From Mycoplasmatota bacterium (GTDB taxonomy: Bacteria > Bacillota_I > Bacilli_A > MAG-NZ): 64,000 nt of DNA. Each line of letters opens with the position of its first letter. The stretch's first letter is position 1. This document shows, piece after piece, positions 62,757-64,000 of the stretch. The DNA is taken from contig CP074575.1 of assembly GCA_018394315.1 (NCBI GenBank), forward strand, positions 186,001 to 250,000, in the 5' to 3' direction. Below the pieces are notes generated by a model, which was not told the DNA's origin, did not search any database, and saw only the letters and a program-made list of their open reading frames with translations. The position numbers were made by a program, and so were the translations under genes.

Positions 62757-64000
62757 TTTCTTCACCCTCCATATAATACTGAGCTTGAATATCGAATACT
62801 TCACGATATAGCTTGTTAAGTTTCATAAGCTCCTTATGAGTTCCTTCTTCAACTATCTTTCCGTCATCTAAGAAGATAATACGATCACAGAACTTAGTTG
62901 ATGCTAATCTATGAGATATGAAGATTGAAGTACTATCTTCTGTATACTCCTCATATTTCAGATACATTTTCTCCTCAGAGATAGGATCTAAGGAAGCTGT
63001 TGGTTCATCTAGAACTAATAACGAAGTACCTTTATATAAAGATCTTGCCAACATTAGTTTTTGTATTTCCCCACCACTCAGTCTAATTCCCGATTCATCA
63101 AATGTTTGTGTTATATATGTCTTTTCCTTGTTTTCTAGGGACATTACTTTATCTTTCAACCCTGAATTTTCTAAAGCATAATCAAGTTTTGCTTTATCGA
63201 CATCACTATTCTTAACACATGATATATTATCTTCAATAGTTAATGATAAAGGTTCTGAATCCTGAAATACCACTGAGATTAAAGACATATAATCCTCGGT
63301 ACTGAATTCACTGACGTTAATCCCATTAAATTCAATACTTCCTTCATCAGGTTTATATAATCCACAAAGTAATTTTATAACAGTAGTTTTACCTGCACCG
63401 TTATTACCAACAAGTGCTAAATTTTCACCAGAAATGATTTTAAAGTTAAGGTTTTCAATTACTGGTTTTTTAGACTTAGGATAAGAGAAAGTTACATTCT
63501 TAAATTCTACAGTTATTGGTAGTTTAAGATCACTTACACTTAATCCTTGGTTATTACGTAACCTATCTTCAGTTTCAATACATTCTCTATACTTATCCAC
63601 AGAAATATTACAAGCTCTTAATTGATTTGATGCTTCTGTAAATCCATTAAGCCACAATGAAAACCCAGTAATTATTCCTGTTAAAAATGTAAATGTAGTT
63701 AAATCAATCCTATTATTTATAACTAATCCAATAACTATTCCATATCCAACTGCATCTCTGATAAATAAGAATAATGTATTAGAAAAATTAGCTGTTAAAA
63801 ATCTTTTCTCAATTTTACTAGTTACTCTTCTTCTATTCTTAGTAAGATTAACAAATAATTTATCAAACCAATTGCCAAGGTTATATAGTCTAATATCCTT
63901 ACCATAATTTGGATTAGTAGAATCTTTAGTTAAATAATATTGTTCAAGAAATTCATCATTTAGCTCGTTCTTCTTATTAGCTAAATATATATTAGCTCTT
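62746..64000 (-). CDS. ABC exporter ATPase/permease, 5' end outside the window
   Basis: Frame open to the window edge (YGKDIRLYNL); GNNGAGKTT, LSGGEIQKL, DEPTASLD; overlaps its partner gene. Confidence 0.9.
   Translation of the reverse strand, partial: RANIYLANKKNELNDEFLEQYYLTKDSTNPNYGKDIRLYNLGNWFDKLFVNLTKNRRRVTSKIEKRFLTANFSNTLFLFIRDAVGYGIVIGLVINNRIDLTTFTFLTGIITGFSLWLNGFTEASNQLRACNISVDKYRECIETEDRLRNNQGLSVSDLKLPITVEFKNVTFSYPKSKKPVIENLNFKIISGENLALVGNNGAGKTTVIKLLCGLYKPDEGSIEFNGINVSEFSTEDYMSLISVVFQDSEPLSLTIEDNISCVKNSDVDKAKLDYALENSGLKDKVMSLENKEKTYITQTFDESGIRLSGGEIQKLMLARSLYKGTSLLVLDEPTASLDPISEEKMYLKYEEYTEDSTSIFISHRLASTKFCDRIIFLDDGKIVEEGTHKELMKLNKLYREVFDIQAQYYMEGEENES

Noticed and set aside
34..63181. 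Many short ORFs antisense to or overlapping real genes (e.g. 34-345, 1699-2064, 13880-14365, 31377-31928, 50615-50983)
   Set aside because: Shadow frames of well-supported genes, with no RBS or motifs
1..64000. CRISPR array, tRNA (including tRNA-Sec), rRNA
   Set aside because: No regularly spaced repeats, cloverleaf or rRNA-like segments seen by eye in the intergenic regions

Overview
AT-rich bacterial chromosomal window in standard code 11, with UGA read as selenocysteine at two sites. It looks like an anaerobic low-GC Bacillota or a basal Mycoplasmatota (Izemoplasmatales/Haloplasmatales-like); this taxonomy is inference only. 1-5150: end of a yge-type anaerobic purine-degradation locus (ygeW truncated by the window edge, ygeY, a YheO-like PAS-HTH regulator, and a divergent uncharacterised PLP enzyme plus diaminopropionate ammonia-lyase). 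5476-9475 and 27113-31126: two paralogous pairs of MacB-like ATPase-permease fusions, the first copy frameshifted. Between them lie a GNAT, a secreted LTD/Ig/endonuclease-I nuclease, DUF1848, a lipoprotein serpin and a nucleoside uptake/catabolism operon (BMP-ABC, two phosphorylases, deaminase, GntR), plus a second deaminase just upstream. Then rho and miscellaneous genes. 41640-47702: a selenocysteine glycine-betaine reductase cluster (grdI, grdH with UGA and SECIS, BCCT, trxB, trxA, grdA with UGA) that lacks intact grdC/grdD but keeps a decayed grdD fragment abutting a DUF364 + Acr3/BASS gene pair. Right part: an IS3/IS150 element inserted in the cstA terminator, lytS-lytT-cstA with three LytTR boxes, a group IIC intron remnant, an OmpR-type two-component operon, an integrase scar, a truncated MFS gene and an ABC exporter pair. 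No tRNA, rRNA or CRISPR array was seen.
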